Numbered from the stretch's first letter, positions 36,104-45,345 are shown. The stretch is 64,000 bases of DNA from a virus (IMGVR_UViG_3300032327_000953:160001-224000), one strand, 5' to 3'. Notes: generated from the letters alone by a model not told the origin. A program made the numbers and translations.

Positions 36104-36762
36104 TGTATATAGAATACGCATATTACGATTTATCATCAAATGAAGCAGAAACAAAACAAAATATAAACCAAGCAATTAAGCTAGGTGTTCATAATATCTC
36201 CGTATTGCCATCATATGTTAAGATGGCTAAATCTATTGTTGAAAAATTGACCGTATCTTGTCCAATAGATTATCCCCTCGGCGTTCTGGATCTAAAAAGC
36301 AGAATAAGTGCCGTGGAGGGCGCTGTTAAAAATGGTGTGAATATTGTAGATGTGGTCTGCCCAGCTTACCCTTTGTGCCATAGAAAATATGATAAGTTTA
36401 GAGAGGATATAAAAAATCTTAAAGATCTATGTGATTATAATAAAATACAACTTAGATATTTTTTAGAATACAGAATATACTCATATGATTTGCTTTATAA
36501 AATAGCTCAAGTTTTATTAGAATTTGATATTAATATTTGTTTTCCTTCTACTGGACATTTATTAGACGATATTAATGATAATCTCATTGCATCAGCCATG
36601 ATCAATAAAAAGACAGAAAAAATTAATATGGTCATTAATGGTAACATATGGAATAGTTCTCAGGCTAATTTGATCTTAAAGTCCAAACCATATGGAATTA
36701 GGCTAAATTCTATTAACTCTTTACAACTCGTTTTGGAAAATAGTAAGAAAATAGCCGATTAG
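36103..36762 (+). CDS. deoxyribose-phosphate aldolase-like TIM barrel lacking the catalytic lysines
   Basis: ISVLP, IDYPLG, GVNIVDVV, FPSTG in place of KTSTG. Confidence 0.7.
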   Translation: MYIEYAYYDLSSNEAETKQNINQAIKLGVHNISVLPSYVKMAKSIVEKLTVSCPIDYPLGVLDLKSRISAVEGAVKNGVNIVDVVCPAYPLCHRKYDKFREDIKNLKDLCDYNKIQLRYFLEYRIYSYDLLYKIAQVLLEFDINICFPSTGHLLDDINDNLIASAMINKKTEKINMVINGNIWNSSQANLILKSKPYGIRLNSINSLQLVLENSKKIAD

Positions 36763-36771
36763 GTGTATAAA
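36762..36771 (+). promoter_or_regulatory. GGTGTATA-class promoter (no -35 box)
   Basis: GGTGTATAAA; motif recurs upstream of other gene starts. Confidence 0.5.
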
Positions 36772-36809
36772 TTTTTGATTCTTTCACCATATTTTATCTG
36801 GAGACTAAA

Positions 36810-37400
36810 ATGGCAACAGTACAAATCGACGGTTCAACTGCTGTAACAGGCACATACTGGAGCGGTACTTCAACAAAAAACAATCACGGTGTGGCCGTTA
36901 AAACTGGTTCAGCATCTTCTATTCTAAGCAACAGATCAGTTGCTAGTCCAGCTACAACTGTGTTTGGATCAACCGTAGTCCCAGCTTCTAGTACAGTTAA
37001 TGATTATGCAACAAAGGCTCTAAGTGCTGGTACTTTCAGATACAACAATCAAAGACCATTAGCTAGAAGACTAACAACCACAATTAGTGGCGTTAGTAAT
37101 ACTGTGCTAAGAAGTGGAGCTCTTGTTCCATCACTTGTTACAACAATCAATAGATCTCGTGTTAGAAATGGTAGTGGTAATCTTGTTGATGGAGTTAGAA
37201 CAAGAAGAGATACAACAGCTATTAGGGCTGGTAATTTCAACCTCTACACAGGCAAGTTCACAGTTGCACCAACCGTTGCTGCTGACACATACAATTCAGA
37301 CTCAGCTGCAACACCAACAAGAGATGTTCCTGGTCAACTTGTTTTCAGAACAGGTTCCAAGGTTCCAGTTACAAGAGACTATGCGGCTAAAACAGCCTAA
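36810..37400 (+). CDS. Thr/Ser/Ala-rich probable virion structural protein
   Basis: GGAG RBS; own promoter motif and terminator; low-complexity composition. Confidence 0.6.
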   Translation: MATVQIDGSTAVTGTYWSGTSTKNNHGVAVKTGSASSILSNRSVASPATTVFGSTVVPASSTVNDYATKALSAGTFRYNNQRPLARRLTTTISGVSNTVLRSGALVPSLVTTINRSRVRNGSGNLVDGVRTRRDTTAIRAGNFNLYTGKFTVAPTVAADTYNSDSAATPTRDVPGQLVFRTGSKVPVTRDYAAKTA

Positions 37401-37427
37401 TAAGGTTCTTATTAAGACAATTCAAAC

Positions 37428-37462
37428 AAGGCCAGTAACTTCGGTTGCTGGCTTTTGTTTTT
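37428..37462 (+). terminator. Rho-independent terminator
   Basis: GCCAGTAAC-TTCG-GTTGCTGGC followed by TTTTGTTTTT. Confidence 0.9.
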
Positions 37463-37484
37463 AATATGCCGAAATATTTGAAGT

Positions 37485-37494
37485 GGTGTATAAT
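37485..37494 (+). promoter_or_regulatory. GGTGTATA-class promoter
   Basis: GGTGTATAAT just after the terminator; no TTGACA upstream. Confidence 0.55.
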
Positions 37495-37542
37495 AATACG
37501 TTTATTTCACGACTTTCTTTCCCTGTTATAAATGGGCCAAAA

Positions 37543-37860
37543 ATGTCAGAAACCATTATTCATTTCTGGGAAAATATCGCAACCACCAGCATTGGTATTA
37601 TTGTTACCATGGTTGGTTTTTGGGTGGCAATAGGAAGAAATATGGCTACAAAATCAGAAGTATTAGTTATGATTGAAACACAATCACCATATGTTCATGA
37701 TAAACAATTTATTATGGAAAGACTAGCCTCAAATAAAGAAAGTCAAGCAGCTTTCGCATTAGCGTTACAAAGAAACACAGATGTTATGACAGAACTAAAA
37801 GTTCAAATAGCAATGCTTGGTAAAACTTTAGAAGCCCTTGAAGACAGAATAGAAAGGTAA
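37543..37860 (+). CDS. single-TM coiled-coil protein (holin-like?)
   Basis: TSIGIIVTMVGFWVAIG helix followed by a coiled coil. Confidence 0.55.
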   Translation: MSETIIHFWENIATTSIGIIVTMVGFWVAIGRNMATKSEVLVMIETQSPYVHDKQFIMERLASNKESQAAFALALQRNTDVMTELKVQIAMLGKTLEALEDRIER

Positions 37861-37866
37861 TAATTT

Positions 37867-38079
37867 ATGACAAACGATATTCAAAAAGCAGTTTCTGCAA
37901 ATCCAGTAAAAAATGGTACTATGCTTGTTGGTACATCATGGACAGGCAATTATAGCACAAGAGATACCTATGTTAAAAATACTCCTACTATGAATACTAT
38001 TGAAGCTAAATATGATAACAGATTCTACAATGGTATTTTTGTTACATTAACTGGTAATCAAACAATAGTAGGTGGTTAA
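37867..38079 (+). CDS. small probable virion protein
   Basis: ORF track; context. Confidence 0.5.
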   Translation: MTNDIQKAVSANPVKNGTMLVGTSWTGNYSTRDTYVKNTPTMNTIEAKYDNRFYNGIFVTLTGNQTIVGG

Positions 38080-38080
38080 C

Positions 38081-38338
38081 ATGAGTATTCAAAGAATAAA
38101 TGAATTTCCAGCAGCTAGTGGATTAACTAGCGATGATATATTTTTGATCATGGACGATCCCGCTGGATCTGCTTTGACTAAAAAAGTCTCTCTATCTACT
38201 CTTCATTCTGGTTTAGTTCAGAGCAACACTAGTTTAGTTAGTAATTCTATCAATATTACAAATATAGTCAGCATATCTCAAGCCAATTACGATGCTTTAG
38301 AAACAAAAGATCCTAGTACATTATATGTTATTCAATAA
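38081..38338 (+). CDS. small tail-fibre-associated protein
   Basis: RINEFP..TKKVSL and NIVSISQANYDAL..KDPSTLYVI motifs typical of tail fibre ends. Confidence 0.65.
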   Translation: MSIQRINEFPAASGLTSDDIFLIMDDPAGSALTKKVSLSTLHSGLVQSNTSLVSNSINITNIVSISQANYDALETKDPSTLYVIQ

Positions 38339-38351
38339 TTAAGGATCTCTT

Positions 38352-41300
38352 ATGGCAGATTTTACAATAGAGTTCTGGACCAAGATTTCATCTAATAATA
38401 GTCAAACTAATTTTTTTAATATTGGCACAGAGACATCTTTAAAATACTCAGCTTCCGTATGGACATTAAAACTTGCTGGAAGTAATAAAACTACATTTAG
38501 TTATAGTTTGCCATTGAATACTTGGACACATATTGCAATAACAAGATCAAATACTACGGTCAAATTATTTATTGGTGGGGTAGCAAAAAGAACATATATT
38601 GGCACATCAGACAATATAAATGACACTTCAGGACTGCTAACAATAGGAAACGCCGATACTCCTGATAGCACAAAAAATGTCAAGGGGTATATTAGTAATT
38701 TTCATATAGTAAAAGGAACATCTCTTTATAATGGAAATACATACACTCCTTCAACAGCTATACCAACAACAATATCAGGACAATCTGTTTTATTGATGGA
38801 TTTCTATGATAATGATACAAGATTTTTAGAAGAGATTAGTGGTAATGGAACAACTAAAACTATATCAAATTCTGGAGTAGTATTTAATTCTGATAATCCT
38901 GCTGGTGTTGGAAATCCTGGAAGTGCAAATTTTGGATCAGTTGGATCAACTAATAATTTAACAGTATCTAATGATGGAGATTTTGCTTTTGGTCTTGCTG
39001 GCGCAGATTTAACACCAACTCCAACACCTACTCAAACAGCAACTCCAACATCCAGCATAACAGCAACTCCAAGTTTGACTCCTAGCACAAGCGGTCCAGC
39101 TACAGGATATTGTGTTTATGAGTGGAGCGCTAGTGGATCAGTATGGAATAATATACAATCTCTTTGTTCTGTAGGATATGAATGTGGAAGTGCTCCAGGA
39201 TTTAATGGAACATTCGATGGGCAAAGAGTAAATATATCTTGTGTATTTACAGCAACTCCACCAGTTACTCCAACACAAACACACACACCAACCAATACCC
39301 TTACAGCCAGTCCAACAAATACAAAAACCTCAACACCAACTCCAAGTAATAGTGGATATGTTAGTGGATACTGCACATATGAATATAGCTCAAGCAATGG
39401 AGGAGTTTGGAATAATATTTTAACTAATTGTGCCCCAGGATATGTTTGTGGAAATCAACCTGAATTTAATGGATTTAATGGACAAAAAGTAAATGTATCT
39501 TGTGTTATTGGAGTAACACCAACTCCAACGTCAACCGTTTCAGCCACTCCAAGTAATTTTGCCCCATACTCATATACAATAAAATACAGAGAAGCTGATG
39601 GCTCAAATAATAAGTATGGTTGGTTTGATAATGAAACAGCTTGTACTTTAGAATCAGAGGGCTGGGGAGAAATAACCATATACTCTCCAAGCTCAATATT
39701 TACTAATGGCATGAGTTTTTATTTGGATTCTTCAGGATCACAAATTGTTAATGTAGTTGCAAATCAATATTACTATTATTCAGATGAAAATAAATCATTC
39801 ATGTGGGTTGCTGGAAATACTATTTCAAACATAGCAGCTTGTAATACCTGTAACTCAATTACTTTAGTTGGTCTTAATGCTAACACAACATCAAATTCTG
39901 CAATTAGTACTCATGGAGGAGGATGGACAGCATCAGCATATTCTACAGAAACTTATACTAGTCCAGTTTCAGTAACATTTAAGACATCGGCAAGCGACAA
40001 TTATTTAATGGGTGGATTCTCTTATACCCCAACTTCAAATTCAGAAACCTATATCAATACAACTTATGGTCTCTATATACAGCCAGGGTTTTTAGAGATA
40101 TATGAATATGGTGGTCAGGTTAATGTTCCAGGATCTATTACTAGATCAGTAAATGATATCTGGAAAGTTGATTATAATGGAACAAATGTTAAATATTACC
40201 AAAATAATACTTTAATTTATACTTCATCAAATATAGTAAATCAACCATTACATGTATTTTTCCCTCTTTTAACAGGTGGGGCGGGAGTTACAGATGTTTG
40301 TGTTAATATACCGGCCCCTACTCCAACTCCAACGCCAACCCCTACAGCGACACCAGTCAATCCTAATGATCTAATATTTGATTCAAATTACTTGGGAGAT
40401 TTTATAGTATTAAGTAATTATGATTGTACGGCTTCATTTACTTCTGATACTAGTGAAAATGAAACATCTGTTTTAACAAATTATAGAATAAGTGATGGAC
40501 AAAAAGTGGTTTTCAGTATGGTCACAACTTATGGTGGCACCAGTGATTACACAGGTGTAGGAGTAGCCAACCGTCAATTTAATGTAAATAATTATTTAGG
40601 GGGTACCAATTCAATTGGTCTCTATGATGGCGGTGAGCTATATTATGCACTATTAAATAATAATGGATATATCACTCTAGACTTAAATTTTCAACAAGAT
40701 GGAAATATTGTAGATGTTGCCGTTGATAGAGTTAATAATTTAATATGGTTTAGGGTAGATGGAGGATATTGGAATGGTGATGAAACACAAGACCCAGAGA
40801 CAGCCTCGGGAGGAATAGATATCTCTGGTATCTCTGGAGATGTTTATCCTGGAGCTTGTCCATATGCTTACGACGGTATCTTTGGTCTAATATCTATCAA
40901 TAATAGGGTATCTAATCCACCAGCAGGATTTACTGTATTAAAAAGTTCACATGCTCCTCTAATTAATAGAGCATTTTCTAGTCAAATATATTTAAGTGAT
41001 TCTAATATAACTTCTATTAAACTAGGAAATGATGACGTTTCTAAAATATTTTTAGGAGATGTTTTAGTATTCGGTGGAGTAACACCGACTCCAACAGCTA
41101 CGCCTACTCCTACTCCTACTCCGACACATGCTAGCTTTGGTAGTTCAGGATTCCAATGGATGAATATTAATTCTGTTACTTCGAATACAGCATCAGGAAT
41201 AGGCCAAAATAATATTACAATATCGATTACACAAACTGGTGGTGGAATGGCATCTCATAATGGAATGGTTGGTGGATCAACTTTCCCTGAAACCTACGGT

Positions 41301-41636
41301 GTCCCACTAGGTGGAACTCAAATTTTAAATAGTCAATCTGGTATATTTACGGCAGTTTTTAGTCAACCAGTTACAGATGCACTGGTTGCATTTGCTAGTG
41401 TCGGTCAACCAGGATTATCAGTACCAGTACAAGTATCTACTCCCTTTACTCCAGTTTGGAGTACTGATACCACATATCAAAATGCGGTAAATGGTACTCA
41501 ATATTCTCAATTTACTGGAGAAGAAGGATATAATATAATCAGAATAGATGGTACAGTAACTACTGTCACTTTCAACTATACTGTTAGTGAATATTATTGC
41601 ACGGTTTGTTTTGGATTTGTTGACCAAAACGCTTAA
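38352..41636 (+). CDS. modular tail fibre/adhesin (LamG-like, Cys-rich repeats, SPRY-like, Pro/Thr linkers)
   Basis: DFTIEFW..WTHIAITR (LamG); five PT-rich linkers; duplicated 4-Cys module. Confidence 0.75.
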   Translation: MADFTIEFWTKISSNNSQTNFFNIGTETSLKYSASVWTLKLAGSNKTTFSYSLPLNTWTHIAITRSNTTVKLFIGGVAKRTYIGTSDNINDTSGLLTIGNADTPDSTKNVKGYISNFHIVKGTSLYNGNTYTPSTAIPTTISGQSVLLMDFYDNDTRFLEEISGNGTTKTISNSGVVFNSDNPAGVGNPGSANFGSVGSTNNLTVSNDGDFAFGLAGADLTPTPTPTQTATPTSSITATPSLTPSTSGPATGYCVYEWSASGSVWNNIQSLCSVGYECGSAPGFNGTFDGQRVNISCVFTATPPVTPTQTHTPTNTLTASPTNTKTSTPTPSNSGYVSGYCTYEYSSSNGGVWNNILTNCAPGYVCGNQPEFNGFNGQKVNVSCVIGVTPTPTSTVSATPSNFAPYSYTIKYREADGSNNKYGWFDNETACTLESEGWGEITIYSPSSIFTNGMSFYLDSSGSQIVNVVANQYYYYSDENKSFMWVAGNTISNIAACNTCNSITLVGLNANTTSNSAISTHGGGWTASAYSTETYTSPVSVTFKTSASDNYLMGGFSYTPTSNSETYINTTYGLYIQPGFLEIYEYGGQVNVPGSITRSVNDIWKVDYNGTNVKYYQNNTLIYTSSNIVNQPLHVFFPLLTGGAGVTDVCVNIPAPTPTPTPTPTATPVNPNDLIFDSNYLGDFIVLSNYDCTASFTSDTSENETSVLTNYRISDGQKVVFSMVTTYGGTSDYTGVGVANRQFNVNNYLGGTNSIGLYDGGELYYALLNNNGYITLDLNFQQDGNIVDVAVDRVNNLIWFRVDGGYWNGDETQDPETASGGIDISGISGDVYPGACPYAYDGIFGLISINNRVSNPPAGFTVLKSSHAPLINRAFSSQIYLSDSNITSIKLGNDDVSKIFLGDVLVFGGVTPTPTATPTPTPTPTHASFGSSGFQWMNINSVTSNTASGIGQNNITISITQTGGGMASHNGMVGGSTFPETYGVPLGGTQILNSQSGIFTAVFSQPVTDALVAFASVGQPGLSVPVQVSTPFTPVWSTDTTYQNAVNGTQYSQFTGEEGYNIIRIDGTVTTVTFNYTVSEYYCTVCFGFVDQNA

Positions 41637-41644
41637 GACTAATT

Positions 41645-41654
41645 GGTGTATATT
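41645..41654 (+). promoter_or_regulatory. GGTGTATA-class promoter
   Basis: GGTGTATATT in intergenic DNA. Confidence 0.5.
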
Positions 41655-41691
41655 ATACTAGTATTTACTATCTTTATTGGAGTAATATATT

Positions 41692-42018
41692 ATGGTAAAA
41701 CCTGGCTATAGAACTAGTGAATTTTGGTTCACAATGGTAAGTTTTATATTTAGTGGTTTATATTTACTTGGAATTATTGGAGAAAATTCTCAAAAAGAAG
41801 ATCTGATTCAAGAAACTAGCAGGGGATTAGAAGCTACAATTCTTATTATCGGACAACTCACTATACTCTTCAAATATGTAAAAGGAAGAACCGATCTTAA
41901 AAAGACTTGGTGGAGCACAGCAACACCAGAAGAAAGAAAAGAAGCTAATAAAAAGAACAGTCAACCATTAAGAAAAAAGAAAAAGAAAAATGCAAGTCCA
42001 AAACCTATCAGTAAATAA
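41692..42018 (+). CDS. two-TM holin-like membrane protein
   Basis: KPGYRTSEFW start, two hydrophobic helices, basic tail. Confidence 0.55.
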   Translation: MVKPGYRTSEFWFTMVSFIFSGLYLLGIIGENSQKEDLIQETSRGLEATILIIGQLTILFKYVKGRTDLKKTWWSTATPEERKEANKKNSQPLRKKKKKNASPKPISK

Positions 42019-42415
42019 TATTCAATCTTTAGTAGATAAAGCTAAAGCTATACTAAAAGCTGTAAAAGAAGTAGCAATGCCTCAAGCATGGAATGTGCTC
42101 CAGCTTGCTACAGTAGATGTTATTCAAAGTATAGAAAATAATAGTCCAACTTTAAAAGGTGCAGATAAAAAGACACTAGCTATGACCATGATTAGTAACT
42201 TTTACGATCAGGTCTTTACTGTAGTGAACTTTCCATTTGTTCCAAAAATTTTACAACCTATTATACAGAAGTACGTCAAGCAATTGTTGATGTTGTTGGT
42301 CAGTTCATCTATCGATGCGTTAGTAACCACTTTCAGAGATAACGGGATTTTTACTGATCCACACTCCACAATAACTACTGACGTAGATAAAGTTCCAGAG
42401 GTTTCAGACAAATAA
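41990..42415 (+). CDS. hypothetical helical protein
   Basis: ORF track. Confidence 0.6.
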   Translation: MQVQNLSVNNIQSLVDKAKAILKAVKEVAMPQAWNVLQLATVDVIQSIENNSPTLKGADKKTLAMTMISNFYDQVFTVVNFPFVPKILQPIIQKYVKQLLMLLVSSSIDALVTTFRDNGIFTDPHSTITTDVDKVPEVSDK

Positions 42416-42425
42416 GGGGATTAAA

Positions 42426-42815
42426 ATGAATTTCACAGAAAGTTTTGAACAGTTTAGTAGTAAATTAACAACAATGGATTTGGCTCTATATGCTGGGGTG
42501 GGTCTTGTTCTTTGGGTTCTTTTTAAGGATAAGTTGAGCCCAGTACAGTCTTTACTTTTATCTTTGATGAATAAGGTAAAGGGAGTCTCTGGGGTAAAGA
42601 CTCCAGATTCATTAGTTCCAGTTGTTGTTCCTCCAGTAGTAGAAGTAGCTACTCCAAAGGTAAATGAGCAAGATACATTCTTTAAGCTAGTTGTTTCTTG
42701 GAAACAAACAAGAGATTTGGCTGTTGAAAGCGGTTGCTCAGAAGCAGTAAAGGTTGCAGATCAGATGTTTCCATTTTTAAGTCCAAATGTTTGCGGTAAA
42801 AAGGATGTTCTATGA
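42426..42815 (+). CDS. membrane-anchored protein
   Basis: TM LALYAGVGLVLWVLF; Pro/Val linker. Confidence 0.65.
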   Translation: MNFTESFEQFSSKLTTMDLALYAGVGLVLWVLFKDKLSPVQSLLLSLMNKVKGVSGVKTPDSLVPVVVPPVVEVATPKVNEQDTFFKLVVSWKQTRDLAVESGCSEAVKVADQMFPFLSPNVCGKKDVL

Positions 42816-43306
42816 ATAATAAAGTAATACTAGTACTAGCTGCTTTGCTAATAGTTCTTGGCTTGGTTCAGCCTAATCTATCTAATTGGGGAGTTCCAAG
42901 CAAACCAGTATCAGTAGATGTTCTGGAGCTTTCGGCACCAGTTGATGAAAATGTAAAAAAGGAAGCTGATGATGTGGTATCCTTACTAAAGGAATCTGGA
43001 TCTTCAGTAAAAGTTGATGCTAAACGTTTAAGAGATCTATATTTAGACTTGGCAAAACTTGTTGAGCTTGATGGTGAAGAAGAAGTGATCAAAAGTACTG
43101 AAGAAATTCGTCAAGCTAATAGTTTAGCTGGACTTATGCTAAGATTAGATATCAAAGGAAAGTATCCTAATTTAGCAAAAGAAGCTAAAGAAGTTGTTGT
43201 GTCAGCTATTGGTGATGATCAAATTCTTTTATCCAAAGAGCTTAGAGTTAAAGCTGTAGAAGGTCTAAATGCTTTAGCTTGGGCTTGCAATGAAGGTGGT
43301 AAATAA
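42812..43306 (+). CDS. membrane-anchored/exported protein
   Basis: Signal-like N-terminus; ATGA overlap. Confidence 0.65.
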   Translation: MNNKVILVLAALLIVLGLVQPNLSNWGVPSKPVSVDVLELSAPVDENVKKEADDVVSLLKESGSSVKVDAKRLRDLYLDLAKLVELDGEEEVIKSTEEIRQANSLAGLMLRLDIKGKYPNLAKEAKEVVVSAIGDDQILLSKELRVKAVEGLNALAWACNEGGK

Positions 43307-44232
43307 TGGCTAGACTATCTCCAAAAGAACTATACGATAATTATCGCAAAGGCTTTTCCGGATGTATCTGGGAACAGCATGTTTTTGATCATTTGATGGA
43401 AACATCTAAATATCCACTATTTGGAGATGCTAGTAAAAAAATTAGTGGTAGTGGTAAGGGTAAATTGTCAACACCATTCAAAAGCGTATTGAAGTTTGAG
43501 AAGAATCCTTATAATGAAAGACAAACCACTGGAGATTGTGTGAGCCATGGAACACGAAATGCTTGTGATGTTTCACGAGCAGTAGAAATAGATATTGGCA
43601 ACGAAAGAGAGGATTGGATAGCAAAAGGAGCTACAGAAGCAATCTATGGATATCGTGGATTTTCTGGTCAAGGTATGAGTTGTGCAAGAGCAGCTGAGTT
43701 TGTTAGTAAAGTTGGTGGTATTGTTGTTAGAAAAGATTATCCCGGCATTGCAGACTTCACCAAGTATAACGGCAATCTAGGTGCCGGATGGGGTGGACGA
43801 GGACTACCAGATAAAGTATTGGATCTTGCAAACGACCATCAAATCCGTACTGCATCATTAATAAGAACAGTAGAAGAAGCAAGAGATGCATTAGCTAATG
43901 GTTATGGTTTAGCAGTATGCTCTAACTATGGTTTTGCCAGTACAAGAGATAAGAAGGGATTTGCAAAACAGTCTGGATCCTGGGGACATTGTATGGCTTG
44001 GACAGCTTGTGATGATACTAATGGTGAGCCAGCATTTCTAGTACAAAATAGTTGGGGAAAATGGAATGATGGTGGACATCCAGAATGGGGTCCAATTCCT
44101 GACGGTAGTTTTTTAATTCATGCTGATGTGGCAGAAGGGATGTTGTCTCAAAATGGGTCTTATGCTTTTAGTGGGTTTGATGGATTTCCACTTCAAAAGC
44201 TTCCTTCATACGGTTTTGAGGATTATCTATGA
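43306..44232 (+). CDS. papain-like (C1) cysteine peptidase
   Basis: QTTGDCVSHG (Gln/Cys), GHCM (His), VQNSWG (Asn). Confidence 0.85.
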   Translation: MARLSPKELYDNYRKGFSGCIWEQHVFDHLMETSKYPLFGDASKKISGSGKGKLSTPFKSVLKFEKNPYNERQTTGDCVSHGTRNACDVSRAVEIDIGNEREDWIAKGATEAIYGYRGFSGQGMSCARAAEFVSKVGGIVVRKDYPGIADFTKYNGNLGAGWGGRGLPDKVLDLANDHQIRTASLIRTVEEARDALANGYGLAVCSNYGFASTRDKKGFAKQSGSWGHCMAWTACDDTNGEPAFLVQNSWGKWNDGGHPEWGPIPDGSFLIHADVAEGMLSQNGSYAFSGFDGFPLQKLPSYGFEDYL

Positions 44233-44456
44233 ACCTACGCGAAAGATTAGAGTTACGTGCTATAATTAATATGGTTATTGGCATTATAGAAAGATTAGTA
44301 AGTCTTTTTGAGAAAGCTTCATCTAAATTTACGCCAAAACCAAAAGTTGATATCCCAGAAGAACCAATTAAACCACACAGACCAAAGCCACTTAAAAAAG
44401 TAATAGATACTATAGATAATATAATTCCATTACCATGGAGAGATAAAAATGAATAA
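44229..44456 (+). CDS. small hypothetical protein, Pro-rich
   Basis: ATGA overlap. Confidence 0.55.
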   Translation: MNLRERLELRAIINMVIGIIERLVSLFEKASSKFTPKPKVDIPEEPIKPHRPKPLKKVIDTIDNIIPLPWRDKNE

Positions 44457-44691
44457 AGTGTTTATTGGACTGTTTTGTCTTGGACTATTTTTCACAGAAT
44501 CCCATTACTATGGATCAACAACGGCCCCAGTTACTCTTGCTGGAGGCATTATTAAAGCAAAGCACTCCCAGGAGGCAACAGTTAAATATAAAAGAAAAGA
44601 CTGCCCCGTTTGCAAAGGTAAGGGTTGGTATATGAGTGGTGATGGTATAAAAAAAATAGAATGTACTTACTGTGAACCAGAGGTAAAATAA
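44449..44691 (+). CDS. exported small protein with DnaJ-like zinc motif
   Basis: Hydrophobic start; CPVCKGKG..CTYC. Confidence 0.6.
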   Translation: MNKVFIGLFCLGLFFTESHYYGSTTAPVTLAGGIIKAKHSQEATVKYKRKDCPVCKGKGWYMSGDGIKKIECTYCEPEVK

Positions 44692-44693
44692 TT

Positions 44694-45101
44694 ATGAGCA
44701 AAATTATCCCTGATGATAAATTAAAAGCTATTGCAACAAAGATATTAGAAAAATCTAATGTTCCAAAAGAAGACAATTATGGTTTTGCAATAGTAACAAT
44801 TTTGATGATAATTAGCATAGTACTAACTTGTGTAAGAATACTTCAAGAGTGTAATAAAAATAAACTAACATCTCAATCTACAGCAGAAGATAAATACTCA
44901 ATGTACGGCGAACAACTTCATACTTTTAGTGAGCGTAGAGGTTGGTTTACAAAAATGAGAATCAAAAAAATTCTTCGCAGAGAAATGAAAAAAGAAGATT
45001 ATGAGAAATATTCGTTAAGTATTTTAAACGCTTTGTTAGAAACAGGAGAAGTTCTCACGGAGGATGAAATCCAAACACTAGTGGAGGCAGCAAATGTTTA
45101 A
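44694..45101 (+). CDS. single-TM membrane protein
   Basis: FAIVTILMIISIVLTCV. Confidence 0.65.
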   Translation: MSKIIPDDKLKAIATKILEKSNVPKEDNYGFAIVTILMIISIVLTCVRILQECNKNKLTSQSTAEDKYSMYGEQLHTFSERRGWFTKMRIKKILRREMKKEDYEKYSLSILNALLETGEVLTEDEIQTLVEAANV

Positions 45102-45345
45102 TATTTTAGTATGGTGTGTTTATGGCATCTTTGTTGGTAGCATAGCTAAAAGCATAGTTCCAGGAGAAGAAAACTTCGGATTCCTGAAAACTGTAGCTCT
45201 TGGTGTGGCCGGATCTTATATGGGTGGGGCTATATGTTATATGGTAGGCCAATATAGTTCATTACAGCCATCTGGTATTTTTATGGGTGTTGCTGGATCA
45301 GTTTTAGCTATAGTTCTTTACAATAAGCTGTCTCAAAAAGCTTAA
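45094..45345 (+). CDS. GlsB/YeaQ/YmgE (transglycosylase-associated) stress membrane protein
   Basis: GIFVGSIAKSIVPG..LGVAGSYMGG..GVAGSVL pattern. Confidence 0.8.
   Translation: MFNILVWCVYGIFVGSIAKSIVPGEENFGFLKTVALGVAGSYMGGAICYMVGQYSSLQPSGIFMGVAGSVLAIVLYNKLSQKA

Noticed and set aside
37114-37464. 116-aa alternative-frame ORF inside the structural gene
   Set aside because: Leu/Gln-rich by-product of ACA/GCT codon bias; runs through the terminator
39013-41130. Repetitive ACACCAACTCC-type tracts as a CRISPR or tandem DNA array
   Set aside because: Degenerate at third positions and in frame; they encode Pro/Thr linkers. No CRISPR array seen in the window
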